This document shows positions 26,301-38,960 of a DNA stretch of 64,000 nucleotides, piece by piece. Position numbers and translations under genes: made by a program. The notes below the pieces were generated by a model. It saw nothing but the letters and a program-made list of their open reading frames with translations. It had not been told where the DNA came from and searched no databases. Position 1 is the stretch's first letter. Each line of letters starts with the position of its first letter. The stretch comes from Vicugna vicugna (Eukaryota). The stretch spans positions 833,394 to 897,393 of the forward strand of contig MU058650.1 of assembly GCA_013265495.1 (NCBI GenBank), in the 5' to 3' direction.

Positions 26301-27399
26301 GCTGGAGGAATGGGCTGAAGGGAGGCTGGCCAGGAGAGCAATGCAAGCTAGCAGTAGGGCAAAGTTGCTTTGAGGAGTCCGTGTTTTGTTTTGATGGACT
26401 TTAATTACAGTATACAAAAAAGTCATGTGAATTTTGCATTGCCCTTCATAATTTATACATGCTTATTTAAACTGTAACATTTTTTCTGACCTCATCTAAT
26501 TTGTTCATACTTATCCATCCAAGCATTCTTCATTACAGTATGCACTTACCTAATTGTATGATTTGTTGTGGTTTGTCAAACATAAAATTTAAGTTCTGTG
26601 AAGAATAAGACATTCTGAAGTATTAATCAACTTTTGAGAATATAAAACACTGAGCTTATTTATAATCACAAAGATAGAGAGGAAGGCCTTGATAATAACT
26701 ATAAACTATATACTTTTAAAACATTTCAAATAGTTAACATAAACCAGGTTGAGGTAAATATGCTTTCTTTTCAAGTTTCATGAAACTGAATTTGTGTTTG
26801 CCAAGATTTCCCAGGAGTTTCTACTTCACCAGCCTGTGAAAATCTTAACTTTGAGGATGTAGTGTTTATTTTGATATACAAAATAGAATGTATTCATTGC
26901 ATTTTTGTTACAAAAAAAGTCAATTTTAATTTATGAATTGACCTTGAAATATTTAACTCACTGTGACTTGACTGGTTTTTGTCATAATTAACCCAAATAT
27001 CATTAAACTCTTTCAGATTCTCTTGGAATTCAGAAAAACATCTGTTCACCCCTCACATCAGTTATGGAGAAGAAAAAAAAAAGGTGATTATAGCAGAAAC
27101 ATGCAAAATTATATAACAAAACCTTTTAAATCCTACTTAAGGCATAAAAGAGACTAGAACAAGTGGAGAGGCACACCTTGCACTTGAAGACTTTTCAATA
27201 TCATAAAGAAATCAATTGTACATAAATTTATTTGTAAATATAATGCAATACCTATCAAATATACAACAAAAAGTGTTGGGATCAGGAAGGGGAACTGGAC
27301 AAGCTTGATATAGAAAAATAAGGTAAAGTAAGTTGTTTTTCCTATTTTGCATTTGGCCACACCTAATAGAAATCCATGGTTTAATCAAACAAAAGGTAA

Positions 27400-27959
27400 T
27401 GTAATAAGGAGCCGGGTGTTAAAGCTGGCAGTTAGCAAGATACGAGCCAAGAAAGGGGGACAGAGACCAGGTGGCTGGAATCCATGCATCTTGTGGTAAG
27501 AGGGGTCCTAGAGGCAGACAAAGAAAAAGGTGGGAAAAGGCAGGAAACTCTGGAATGTAACCTTTTGCTCATTATGTCCTCATTACAATGAAATTAACTT
27601 TGCAAGTAAGAAGTACCCATCATGCACCAAAGCCTTGAAAAGTCCAATCCAGACTAAATGAGGATACAAATCTCTCCTCCGCTTGGGAAGGAGGAGCTGG
27701 GATGAAAATCAGGAAATACGACCCCAAACCCCTCCCTCCTCAATGAATAGTCCGCCCAGTCATTTCACAACCCGTATAACCAGCTTGCCAAGAAGCTCAA
27801 GGCACCTACTCACCTAATCCTACCTGCTTTTCCTTCTGAGAGTGTACTTTTGCTTAATAAATCCTCACTATGCCTTCTTGACTTCCGTGTCTCGTCTCTG
27901 AATTCTTTCTGCCCAGTAACAAAGGAACCAAGTTTTTTCTCCTTTGCTGCTTTGTAACA
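27400..27959 (+). mobile_element. Solo ERV LTR
   Basis: TG...CA ends, TATA-like 'cgtataac' at about 27773, AATAAA at 27856, and U5-like 'gtctcgtctctgaattctttct'. Confidence 0.6.
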
Positions 27960-28489
27960 CTTACTCTGTGACTTAAGTCTTCATAGTCCCAACGAATGTG
28001 TTCCATTCTTTCACATCTGTGCATTGCATCCATTAAAACATAGGAATAAAGGGGGAGAACAAAGGGCAAAAAGTGGAAGCCAGAGAAGACTACCCCATTT
28101 TTGTTAGAAAAATGATCACTTTCCTAAAGCCTAGTCCAGTTTCTTCCCTTTAAATCTTACCAGCCAGAAGTAGGTCACACGGCCACAACTAACTACAGAA
28201 GAGCCATGACAATTCCAGAACAGTTTTGTTATAGAATGACGCTCAGCGTAGATTTGTGTGAGGTTTCTTTGTGGTTAGACTCAGGTTAGGCATCTTGGGC
28301 AGAACTACCACAGAAGTATGACTGTGTTCTCATTGTGTCCTATCAGGACACACAATTATTTCCATTTGTTCTATTATTAGTTAACTCTGATCATGTAAAT
28401 AAAGTGGCATCTGGCAAACTTTTCTATTGTAAAAAAAACTTCCCTTTGTAATTAGGAAGTATTTTGTGGGACAGATCTTTGAAACTACA

Positions 28490-28997
28490 TGATCAGGTCA
28501 CCCCAGATGGCTATTGTCTTGCTGTCTGTACATCCCCTGCTCAGCCAGTCCCTGCCACACCCACAACCTACTCATTTGACTGACCTTCCCTCTTAATCAT
28601 AGAGCTTAATCAGTAAATACCTACTTGCTTACCCCTGGCCCCAGCTAATGATTGTTCTAATCTTTAGATCAGAACTCTCTCCACTATGATAGTTTATCAA
28701 AGAAGTGGTGACAGGCATGCTCCTCTACTGGTTTCCCTGGTAACTAGTGAGCCAACCTGATGTCCATTCCCCCAGAAACCGGGAACCTCCCTCTCCCTCA
28801 GGTAGCAAAGACTGCTGCCATGTCCTGCCTGCCATCTGTCGTCCGCTGTGGGCTGTCACTCCAAGACCCTTTTGTTTTTGTAAGATCCTTTCTATTCATT
28901 AAACCAGTGATGACTTTGTCGCTGAATTCAGGCTCTTTCTTCAGTCTTGAGAATGGGCAGTTTCAGGGCTTGCAGGCCCGTAGGGTGCAGCCCAACA
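28490..28997 (+). mobile_element. Solo ERV LTR inserted in an older minus-strand L1 remnant
   Basis: Ends tgatcagg...cccaaca, with ATTAAA at about 28898 and LTR-like composition. Confidence 0.55.
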
Positions 28998-29398
28998 GAA
29001 ATTACACAAATTTATCATCAAACTTGCAAATTACTCATTAGTTTTTGTATTAGAATGGACTCATGGTTTCTATTCAGTAGATTTCGTGTTGTTATTCAGT
29101 GGAATAATAATATATTATTAGAATTTATTTTGATGCCCTGGTTTGGCCAGTGAGAGCCCCAACCTGGTGTCTGTGAGCTTTTCACATGCCTCCATATTCT
29201 TTGAGCATTTCCTTAATTTCTGGTACAAAAAGATGACTGAGGCTCATCTTGTCCTTTCTCTGCCTAAGCCTTGGAATCAGCCCGTTTTCCAAGAATCCAT
29301 GGTATATTTTAGTTTAAAATGGTATTTAGAAACTATCAAATAAAAAACAAATTCAGATTTAGGTAAGGAAAGACTTCTTTTAAAAAGACTACTGCAGT

Positions 29399-29528
29399 GG
29401 GGGAGGGGATCGCTCAGTGGTAGAGCATCTGCTCAGCATGCAGGAGGTCCTGGGTTCAATCCCCAGTCCCTCCATTAAATAAATAAATAAACCTAACTAC
29501 CTCCCTCCTCTGCAAAAAAAAAAAAAAA
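29399..29528 (+). mobile_element. tRNA-Ala-derived SINE
   Basis: ggggaggggatcgctcagtggtagagcat...ccccagtccctcca. TSD gactactgca on both sides. Confidence 0.9.
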
Positions 29529-29593
29529 GGACTACTGCAATATAGGAAGGAGGACTACATTCTGAAACTAAGATCTTTTTTTATCTGACTGAA

Positions 29594-30310
29594 CTTTTTT
29601 ATTGAAGTACAGTCAGTTTACAATGTATCAATTTCTGGTGTACAGCATAATGTTTCAGTCATACGTATACATACATATATTCATTTTCGTATTCTTTTTC
29701 ATTATAGGTTACTACGAGATTTTGAATATAGTTCCCCGTGCTATGCAGTAGAAACTTGTTGTTTATCTATTTTATATACAGTAGTTAGTATCTGCAAATC
29801 TCGATCTCCCAATTTATCCCTTCCCACCTCCTTTCCCTCTGGTAACCGTAAGTTTGTTTTCTATGTCTGTGAGGCTGTTTCTGTTTTGTAAAATAAGTTC
29901 ATTTGTCTCTCTTTTTTTTTTTCAGATTCCACATATAAGTGATATCATATGGTATTTTTCTTTCTCTTTCTGGCTTACTTCACTTAGAATGACAATCTCC
30001 AGGTCCAATCATGTGGCTGCAAATGGCATTATTCTTTTTTTTATAGCTGAGTAGTATTCCATTGTATAAATACACCACAGCTTCCTTATCCAGTTATCTG
30101 TCAGTGGATATTTAGGTTGTTTCCATGTCTTGGCTGTTGTAAATAGTGCTGCTGTGAACACTGGAGTACAGGTGTCTTTTCCAATTAGGGTTCCCTCCAA
30201 ATCGATGCCCAGGAGTGGAATTGCTGGATGATATGGTAAGTCTATTTTTAGTTTTTTTGAGGAATCTCCATAATGGCTGCACCAAACTACATTCCCACCA
30301 ACAGAAGGAA
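29594..30310 (-). mobile_element. Lineage-specific L1 3'-end copy (5'-truncated)
   Basis: Poly-T, then 'attgaagtacagtcagtttacaatg'. The ORF2 C-terminal remnant TCTPVFTAALFTTAKTWKQPKYP...MEYYSAIKK is in track ORF 30009..30200. Confidence 0.85.
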
Positions 30311-30319
30311 ATTCCCCTC

Positions 30320-30680
30320 ATGGCCAAGATTAAAAGAACTTGAGCTTATGTCTTCCCACAGGCACACCAAAATTACAACTATTTACCGAACAGTATTAAT
30401 GAGAAAGACCAAATCTAGCAAAAAGTATCTTCTACAACTAAAGATATAAAGAAGGAGCAACAACAAGATGGGTAGGAGGAGCAGAAACACAGTATAGTCA
30501 AGACTCATGCCCACAAGTGGCCAACCTATTAATGGGGGGATAATTACAACTGGAGAGATTCTCCCCAAAGAGTAAGGGTTCTGAGCAACCCCGCCAGGGG
30601 AACTCCACCAGGAAGATGAACCCCCAGAACATCTGACTTTGCAGGCCAGTAGGACTTACTTACAGGAGAGCCACTGTATT
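30320..30680 (+). mobile_element. L1 5'UTR fragment
   Basis: Homologous to the L1 5' end at 46943: shares 'cacaccaaaa..aactattta', 'cttct.caactaaagatataaag' and 'cccagaacat.tgactttg.aggcca'. Confidence 0.7.
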
Positions 30681-32536
30681 GTTTGAGAGACCTGTAACAC
30701 TGCTATTTCCACTTCTAAAGTTGCACTAAGCTCCCTCTGTTCAGGGCAGACCAGAGTGAAAGCCTTTCAGATTGCATGGAAAGGCTTACTTCTCATATAG
30801 TCAAATGCACGTGCCTTTTACAAGTTGGTGAAAGAAGTTTTATGTAGAGTGTTCTTTCAGTTTATGAAAATTTACCCACTGTCTGAAACAAATATAACTA
30901 TAAGTGGAGAAGAATCTATAAAAATTTTGAATCATTATGTGTAAACATGAGGCTAATATAAGATTGTAGATCAACTATACTTCAATTTTTTAAGTAAGTA
31001 AATTATTTTTTAGGTACAAAGGAAGATGCTACAGAATCATACAGTATGTTTGTTTTACAAATACAAACCAGGAAAAATTAAATCTCAGTAGATTGTGTTC
31101 TAGATACAGCTTCATGAAAAGAGAAAACTTGAGTTGAGTCTTAAAAGATAGGGTAGGTTTTAAGAAACAGAAAGTATCAGGGCAATCTTTCTGACTGAAG
31201 ATGTTAGACAAAGGCAGACTGAGTCTCTCTGAATTCTTGTAAGAACATCTTAGACTCCAGATGTGCGGGGAGGTAGAAAGGCCACTCACCACCAGGCTGG
31301 CGCAGATCTGACCGTGCCTCCTGTGACTGTCTGTGGTCCACAGCAGGGGTTTTGTTTTCTTTTTTCTAGCTTTTTTTTTTTCCTCTAAATTTTCTAGATT
31401 TCTAATAGAATTTTGAAAGACTATACTCTCATATATTTAAAAAGCTCTATGTAAATTTTGTACCTTACGTGTAAAGTTTTGTTCTGTAAATATAAACATT
31501 TAAAAATAATTAGCTTACTCTTTAAATATAAAAAAAGGAAATCATCTATTTCATCTAGATTTTAAAATGTATTAGTATGAATTGAACTTCAAGTTGTGAT
31601 GAAAAGTTCTAGAATTTGTATCAGAAATAACACTATTTTTAGCCCTATGATGTTTTCTTCTCATATCATGAACCTTACAAATCATCTAGAGGTAACAACT
31701 GTAACCCCGTACTGAAGTTCCACGGCAAAAGCCATCAGAGTCTCATCTAAGACTTATTACCGGGCACTGCTGTTTCTGAAAGCTTCATGCTGACGATGAG
31801 CATCACTAACGTTTAGTAACAGGATAAATCATTGTCTGGGCAGCTATCACTCACAGAGAGCAACTTTTCTTTAAGTAGTCGTAAGCATCTCTACTACAAA
31901 GCAATACAAGCCGAGAGTAAAGTATTAAGAATAAACCAAAACACTTCCCCTCGTGCATGATAGTTTTTTCCTCCTGGAAACCTGACCTAAGTGGTAACTG
32001 AACTGGGCAACTATGGCACAGACGTAGGTAAACATAACCCCTGATGGCACTAAGCTGGGACAAACTATGAAAGAACTCGAAATACCCAATAATGTGACTG
32101 AAGCTTTTATCGGGGCATAATTAGGTCTAACTGACAATTCTAACTTTTGCTATTTAAATAAAGGAGTTAAACGAACATATTTGGGTTGCCTTTAGCACCT
32201 AGACCAATGCATTAGGAGTACCAATGAACTCTTGGTAATAACTATAGTCAGGATTAGGGCTTATTTCAGCCCTTTAAAAATAACCTTTTGGTCTTAAGTG
32301 AAACCTCCTCCTGTTTCGTATTTTTTTCCCATGGCTTTTATCACAAATGTCTATTTATTTGCTTACTCCTTTCCTTCTAGAACGTAAGCTCCATGAGGAC
32401 ATGGACTTTGTTCTTTCTTGTTCACTGCTCCCCTCCCAGAACTTAAAATAGTAACTGGTACATAGTAGAGGTTCAAAAAGCACTTGTTGGATGAAAGTTC
32501 CTACCAATGCATGGGTGTTATCCAACTAAAATTTTA

Positions 32537-32712
32537 GGCCGCCCCCTCTCTCTCCCTCTTCAGAAACGGCCTGCACCCTGTCTACGGAGTGCGTACCTAC
32601 TTTTAATCTGAGCACCCAACCCCCACACCTCGTGGCCTTTCTCTTGTCTTTCAATGTATCTCTCTGAATAAATCTATCTTCACTCAAAAAACAAAAACAA
32701 AAACAAAAACAA
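32537..32712 (+). mobile_element. Retrocopied LTR-like 3' fragment with poly(A) tail and TSD
   Basis: AATAAA at 32667-32672, (A5C)n tail from 32686, TSD taaaatttta at 32527-32536 and 32719-32728. Confidence 0.6.
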
Positions 32713-32861
32713 TTGACTTAAAATTTTACCGAGCACCTACCATGTGTCAAGCCTCGTGCTAGTAAGGTATAGGGGACAGAGTGGTTTTCATCTGTGAGTT
32801 TACAGAGCTAACAATCACAGATGAAACTTCAGACAATTTTCTACTGAATAGGAATTTTTTC

Positions 32862-32867
32862 TTTATT
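32862..32867 (-). terminator. ALKBH8: Candidate proximal ALKBH8 polyadenylation signal (AATAAA)
   Basis: tttatt on the + strand, about 370 nt after the stop codon. Actual usage is not shown, and more distal sites may exist. Confidence 0.5.
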
Positions 32868-33239
32868 AAAATGTTATGTGATTACTTCACTCAGGTTTTA
32901 CATGATTTAGTTCATTTAGTAATACTTTATAACAAAAGTTTATCTTCAAAATGTTACCCTACTGTTACCCTAGGATCCCAGGTATTTCACAGACTACATC
33001 AGTCACTTTAAAAAGCATGCCTGCCCCTCCTGTAACAGAAGCCTGCGTCTGTGGACTGAGTGGGGTCAGCAGTACCAGGCAGACTGAACACCTCCCAACT
33101 GAGCTCTACTTCCGAATTTCCCCCAGGACTCTCCTTTGATACTTTTCCACAAGTTTAACTAAAAATGCAGGTAATTTAATCTCCTTTTTCAGAAAAGCTG
33201 AGCATTTCTTCCCTGCATGCCGTACATCCATAGGGATAA

Positions 33240-33797
33240 TCAGACCTTCTGTAGAATCACGCACCAGTTCCCCTGGTCATAGTAGCTCTGCAGCACGCTG
33301 ACATCACTCAGAGTCCGGCAGGCAGCCTCCAGCTCTGCCTCACGGAACACGTGGTAGTACCGATGAAACACAGCACCCGGGTCACTGGATCCTAATGCAC
33401 CAAGTGGCTCAACAGGCCTGTCTTTACCAGGATTTCCCGTAAGGTGCCAGGGAACCAGTAAGTCTTGAGAATGAAAAGGAGTCCTGTTAGTGTGAATAGG
33501 CAGCTTGGAACTGGTAGCTTTCCTTGAATCGCAGCCTCCCTCCTGAAAGTCACTGATGGAGGGGACAGGACGTGCCGAGTCCTGACTGCCCACGTCAGGC
33601 GTGTGCTTCGCAGGCACCTCCTGCGCCGACATTTCATTGCTGGTCAGCTCCTCCCTCCCTGGGCTGACTCTGTTTTCTCTAAGGTACTTGGACTTCTTCT
33701 TATTATGTTCTTGCTCCATTGCCCAGACATAGATGAGCGCCTTTCCACCAGGTCTCAGGAGTCGAACAAGTTCTCGGAGAGCTGCTGCCCTACGCTC
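33240..33797 (-). CDS. ALKBH8: ALKBH8 last coding exon (C-terminal methyltransferase region, stop TGA)
   Basis: ctaaccag|GAG CGT AGG GCA... = [33 protein letters not shown]...[12 protein letters not shown]...[15 protein letters not shown]. 558 nt including the stop. Contains track ORF 33240..33719. Confidence 0.96.
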   Translation of the reverse strand, partial: ERRAAALRELVRLLRPGGKALIYVWAMEQEHNKKKSKYLRENRVSPGREELTSNEMSAQEVPAKHTPDVGSQDSARPVPSISDFQEGGCDSRKATSSKLPIHTNRTPFHSQDLLVPWHLTGNPGKDRPVEPLGALGSSDPGAVFHRYYHVFREAELEAACRTLSDVSVLQSYYDQGNWCVILQKV

Positions 33798-34339
33798 CTG
33801 GTTAGAAAAAGGAGGAAAGGAAAAATATAGATATTGCCATTTGTCAACCAGGAGGAGACACAGAGAGGAAACAGGAAGGTATCACTGACTATAGGACTAT
33901 TTTCAATGAAGATGAACAGCTCAGAAAACCAAACAAAATACATAAAACAGAAAAGAAAATAAAGGAGAATTTTTTTCTGTGATTGGGGGGGGGAAGTGTT
34001 GAAGAACAGGGGAAATCATTTCTTTCTTTCTGATAATAACAGAAAGGCATAGAAGGTTTTTGGTTTGGTTTTGTTTTGAATTCAATTAGGTCATAAAGAA
34101 TACTGAAACTGCTGGTGACTCTGGCACAGGGGGATCTATAAGGTTACTTAAGGTTACTGCTTAGATCCTGGAGGGACCAGTAACACCCTGGAAAAATAAG
34201 ATTTTTTCCCTGTAAGAAAAATATAAAATATTAAATTCATTTATTTTAAAATTAGGAACCTAGGTGACTAATTAAAGGCAACCGCATTCTCCTATCAGTT
34301 ACATATCTGAGTTTTAAAAAAAAAAAAAGAAGAGGAAAA

Positions 34340-34460
34340 GAAGAAAAATAGAATGGAACATGAAAACGAATATACGTATGTATGCACATGACTGGGACAC
34401 TGTGCTGTGCACCAGAAATTGACACATTATAACTGATGGTACTTCAATTTAAAAAAAAAA
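34340..34460 (+). mobile_element. Short L1 3'-terminal fragment
   Basis: 'atgactgggacactgtgctgtgcaccagaaattgacacattataactga...cttcaatttaaaaaa', the same family as the copies at 49937 and 57699. Confidence 0.75.
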
Positions 34461-34908
34461 AGGGGGGGAGAACATGAGACTCAGATGTCAGGAATGAGAA
34501 AGGGAGCTGAGAAAGCAAGATGGAAAACAGAAATAAAGAAGCTCAGAGGCTGAGGAGAGAGAGCACACTCAAGAGGCTTGGAGCTGATGATTTCTTAGTC
34601 TCTTACAGCTAAAATTCTGTGACTCTGTTGATGTAAGGAAGGCATTCAAAGATGAGTAACAGCCAGGGTAGGAAAAAGGCAGAAACGTGCAGCAATAAAA
34701 GCACAGAGTCTCGTCAGACCTCTGGTCAAGTAAGCACGACTCTCGTGTGGCTCATCTCCATTCCACAGGCTTTCTTTAAAAAATGGGGGTAAACTGCATG
34801 ACAACAAGAAAATGGAAAGAAAGGAAAAGCTAAAATAGGGTCCAAATCAGTAAACTCCACGAACATATCCTGCCACTTGGTTCTTGGAGTGAGAAAGACC
34901 TTACTTAC

Positions 34909-35058
34909 TGCTGTCGCAAAATGGTGAATGACAGCGATGGAGATGCAGGCATCACAAGACCCGCTGCGGACTGGCACTGCCAGCGCGTCGCAGACCACGG
35001 CCTGATACCGCCTCTCTCTGCAGATGTCCACGAGGCTCTGACTACGATCACAGCCAAT
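34909..35058 (-). CDS. ALKBH8: ALKBH8 coding exon (about exon 11), methyltransferase domain
   Basis: ctgcag|ATT GGC TGT GAT...GCG ACA GCA|gtaagt = [50 protein letters not shown]. 150 nt, phase 0 on both sides. Confidence 0.95.
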
Positions 35059-36524
35059 CTGCAGCAGGTAGAGAAAGAATTTCGTAACATCTTGTTTAAA
35101 TGTCATGAAGTTACTAGATTTCATATGCATTGTGAAAGGATCTAAGACCCATGATATTATCAGTTCTTACAGCTCATACAGAGTCAGATTACATAATTTA
35201 CAGGGCAGCATTTATTGCCTTAACAGCTATCAAACAGAACTCAAATTAGTGAAAGGAACAAAATGACTAGAATAAAAATAACATTGTTGGAAATGGGAGA
35301 TCCTAATTGGCATCTAGTTGATCACTATTCAGAAATCTAGGTCTCTTTTGTAATATCACACATTTAAAAATGGAGATTATCCCATAAACACAGACATTTA
35401 GTCGTTTGCGGGGAGCGGCAAGTAAGCGGTCCTAAGGCATCTCCTACTGTATAAACCACCCAGCGATGGCCCAGCCAGCGGGAGGGCGGCTTATTTTTTT
35501 TCCTGCTTCTTTATACTTTTCAATATGTATTGCTCGTACCATGAGAAAATAAAATCCTCCCCCCAAGAAAATTAAATAATTTATTTCATTTTTTAAAGCT
35601 ATTGAGTCTTATTCTGCTAAATACCTCATCTACACATATCGAGAATAAAGTGCTGAAGTCAAAATTTGTAAAATGCTATTGAATTAAACCTTTTAGTACA
35701 ACCAAACCATTCTGCCGCAACGACAACACTTGATGGCAGCCAGCAGCATCCTTTAATCTCTCCAAGCAGGTGAGGCCTAACATGCCTTATGCGTTATGTC
35801 TGTTCTGTGGCAAGTGTCTGGGAGCTAGGACCACCCATCTTTTCTCTGGCTTTGTATGCAGTTTTTCTGTTTAGTTTTATATATATATACATATATGTGT
35901 ATATATAGAGAGAGACAGAGACAGCGCTCAAGCGCACACTTGCACATGCGCGTATAGATTGAGGGAGGGGTGAGGGAGCTTAAGAAATGGTAAATCACTA
36001 ATAATACTGTCCGGATATTTCTTCCTAACCCAGTCTCTACAACAGAGAAAAGAAATGTCTGAGTAGATTTCCCCTAACAGAAGTAGCCACCTCACGTTTG
36101 TATTTACTCATTTGACTTTCTGATGACGTGAGCATCGATCATCAGGGCTCCCTCAGTCCATCTGGGAATAAGGATAGGAATCTTCATGTCACCACAGTTC
36201 TTACTGGGTTAAGGCACACCGCCATGCTAGTCATGCTTAAGAGGAATTTGCTCGATTTCTAATTACTATTAAACAGCTTCTGTCTTCCATCCCACAGCGG
36301 CATTAATATCTGAAGTGTAATAAAAGGAACCGAGCTAGAAGTGACGTATAGCAATATCCCTTTGATATATTTTAAGATGGAAAAGTACTAAGGGCCCATT
36401 AAGAACAACACTGGCACATCTCCCAATTAATAGCCCCCCTTCCTATGTAAGATACATTAACTAGCTATTACTTTTATTTGTTTTCTTCCATGTCTTATGC
36501 CAGTAGCCACAATACCAAGATGAC

Positions 36525-36745
36525 AGGGTTGGGGATTAACAGACACACATTACTAAATATACAATACATAAGTGACAGGGACCTACTGCACAGCACAGGG
36601 CACTATATTCAGTTGCTTATAATAACATATAATGGAGAAGAATCTGAAAAGAAAACATACATACGTCTGTACACGTATAACTGAGTAACTTTGCAGGACC
36701 CCTGAAAACTAACACTGTAAATCAACTACATGTCAATAAAAACTT
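36525..36745 (+). mobile_element. L1 3'UTR fragment
   Basis: 'gggattaacagacacacattacta...gacctactgcacagcacaggg...taacactgtaaatcaactaca..caataaaa'. Confidence 0.75.
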
Positions 36746-37869
36746 AAAACAACACAAAAAGACGACAGTACCCCTCAAACAATATGCAAATTGTCTTTTG
36801 GTGCTCGCCAGGCTTTACTACACTAAAACTCAGCTCATGGAATCAGAAGGTTCAAGTATGCCGAATTCTGACAGATTGCTATGCCTTGGTAAAAGTCAAC
36901 AAGAAGGAATCCAACTTGCCTATAAAACAAATCCCCAGAGACAGAGTTCGACAGTTACCCAGAGAAGGAAAAGTATTACCTGAGAATCACAGATTAAGCA
37001 GAACAAGAAGAGCAGCCAAACAGAGACTAGAGAAAATTTCCTCCTTCTTCCTGCCAGACTCTTACAGGTATCTGTACAGAGCGCCCCTTTCCACCAACAA
37101 GAGAGAGCGGGGCGATTCCTGTCACAAAGCACTAGGTCTGACGGAGCCCTGACTCACGCTGGCTCAGTACTTCCATGTTTTACTTATGTCGTCTGAGTCT
37201 TCTGTGGTTGAATCATCGGTATTTTTTCTCTTCCCTTTCTATTCTTAAATTCCCTTTTTATACAAAATATAGCACCAGGTATTTGAAATTCTCCCTAATA
37301 ATGCTGCACACTGTCAACAACAGGACAGAAACTGGCTTACGTATAAATACCCATAAGTAGCAGAGGATTCGTAAAGCTACGTATTTCTGTATACTGGATG
37401 GAGATAAGTGACGATAAAAACATATATTGGTTGGGCTTAAAATGTATACTTATACTTCTATGTAATTTTAAAAATCTTTAACATAACATTAAATGTGCAA
37501 TTTTGGAAGTATAGGTAAAAACGAAAAAATATCAAGCTTAGTAATCAAACTAAATAAGGTTTCATTTTTCTCCTATTAAAGTATCAAGAATATTTTAAAA
37601 TCAAAGTATACCACAGCGATGGCAGTGTGACACAACTTCCTCTCATAAAGCATTGGTGACACTACAAATTGGCTAAACCAATTTTGAAAAGCAATTTGGC
37701 AAAAAAAAAAAAAAAGCAATTGGGCAAACCATTTTTTTAAGGAAGATTAAAATGTTGACAACTTTTGACCCAATATTCTTCTGAACCTTTACCCTAAGAA
37801 AATAATCCAAAATATGGAAAAAGGTAAAGAGACTAATGAAACTGCCTTTTACTGAGTATCTACTATATG

Positions 37870-38060
37870 TTAAAGCAGATTCTTTGTGCACTTATTAACC
37901 CTTATAACAGACACACTCTGAGTTAGATATTATTATCACCGTATTACTGATGAGGAAACTTTGTGTCAAAGAAGGTAAGTAACTTGCCCTAAATTGAACA
38001 GCAGTTAAGTGGTGGGCAGGGATTTAAACCCAGGTCTTGCACACTCCAAAAATCCATGTT
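37870..38060 (-). mobile_element. MIR SINE
   Basis: 'tattatcaccgtattactgatgaggaaact...aggtaagtaacttgccc...cagggatttaaacccaggtct' matches the MIR core. Confidence 0.7.
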
Positions 38061-38363
38061 CCTCCTCCTTGTCGTATTGTGTTTAATATACGTGTTTACT
38101 ACAGTGTTATTTGTAACACCCAAACTGCATACAACCAAATGCCAAGTAACAGTCACCTCTTAGAATATAATAGAATCCAGGAATGATATAAGATTACATA
38201 TCAAAATGGAAACACTAAGTGACATAAATGAGTTATCATATTGTATACACACACACGACTGTATAAAAAATTTATAGAAAAAATACTGGAAGGCTATTCC
38301 TCATGATAAACTAGTTTACAAGGGTATCAAGGTTATAAGAGAATACCTTTCCTTTCATATATG

Positions 38364-38448
38364 TTTTTAATGGAGGTACTAGGGATTGAACCCTGGACCT
38401 CATGCATGCTAAGCACATGCTCTACCACTGAGCTATACCCTCCCCCCT
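38364..38448 (-). mobile_element. tRNA-Ala-derived SINE
   Basis: tggaggtactagggattgaaccc...cactgagctataccctcccc. Confidence 0.88.
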
Positions 38449-38832
38449 CACCTATTTTCTGAATTGTGCCCAAATTACTTTTGTTTCTTAAAAAATACAA
38501 CATTTTAAAACTATTAAGAAAATATGCAATTATAGAAACATCAGAGTGGCAACATATAGTTTAAAGGGCAGAGAGATGAAGTGAAAGATCATACTAAACT
38601 CTCGATTTGAATTCTGGCTTCAGCAATAATTAATTAGCTGAATAACCTAGGAAAGCTCCTTAGTATCTCAGAGCCTCTGCTTCCTCATTATAAAAATACC
38701 TACTTCTCAGGTTAATATGAGAATCAAATGAAATGGTGTATACTAAATATTTCAATAACCATAAAAGTGCTTTGCAAATGTTACTTATTATCACTATATG
38801 GAACAAAGGATGGAAAAAAAAACTCTCGTCAA

Positions 38833-38960
38833 GAGGCAGAGTGCATGCTTAGCATGCATAAGGTCCTGGGTTCAATCCCCAGTACCTCTTCCAAATATTA
38901 ATAAACCTAATCACCTCTCCCTTATAAAACAAACAAAAAGTGAAAAGAAACAAGTAAAAA
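38833..38960 (+). mobile_element. 5'-truncated tRNA-Ala-derived SINE
   Basis: agagtgcatgcttagcatgcataaggtcctgggttcaatccccagtacctc...taaacctaatcacctc. Confidence 0.8.

Noticed and set aside
29399..29475. Apparent tRNA-Ala genes (also at 7303, 20887, 24203, 38364, 38833, 41458, 45553, 48527)
   Set aside because: They carry stem-breaking mutations, and most have a shared non-tRNA tail, an A-rich end and a TSD. They are SINEs, not tRNA genes.
35400..35490. Small CpG-rich patch with a CTCF-like ccagcgggagggcg
   Set aside because: The spacing does not fit the CTCF core, and the patch is too short to call a CpG island.
36784..37152. 122-aa plus-strand ORF antisense in an ALKBH8 intron
   Set aside because: It has no recognisable homology, promoter, poly(A) tail or TSD. 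The length is compatible with chance in 64 kb.
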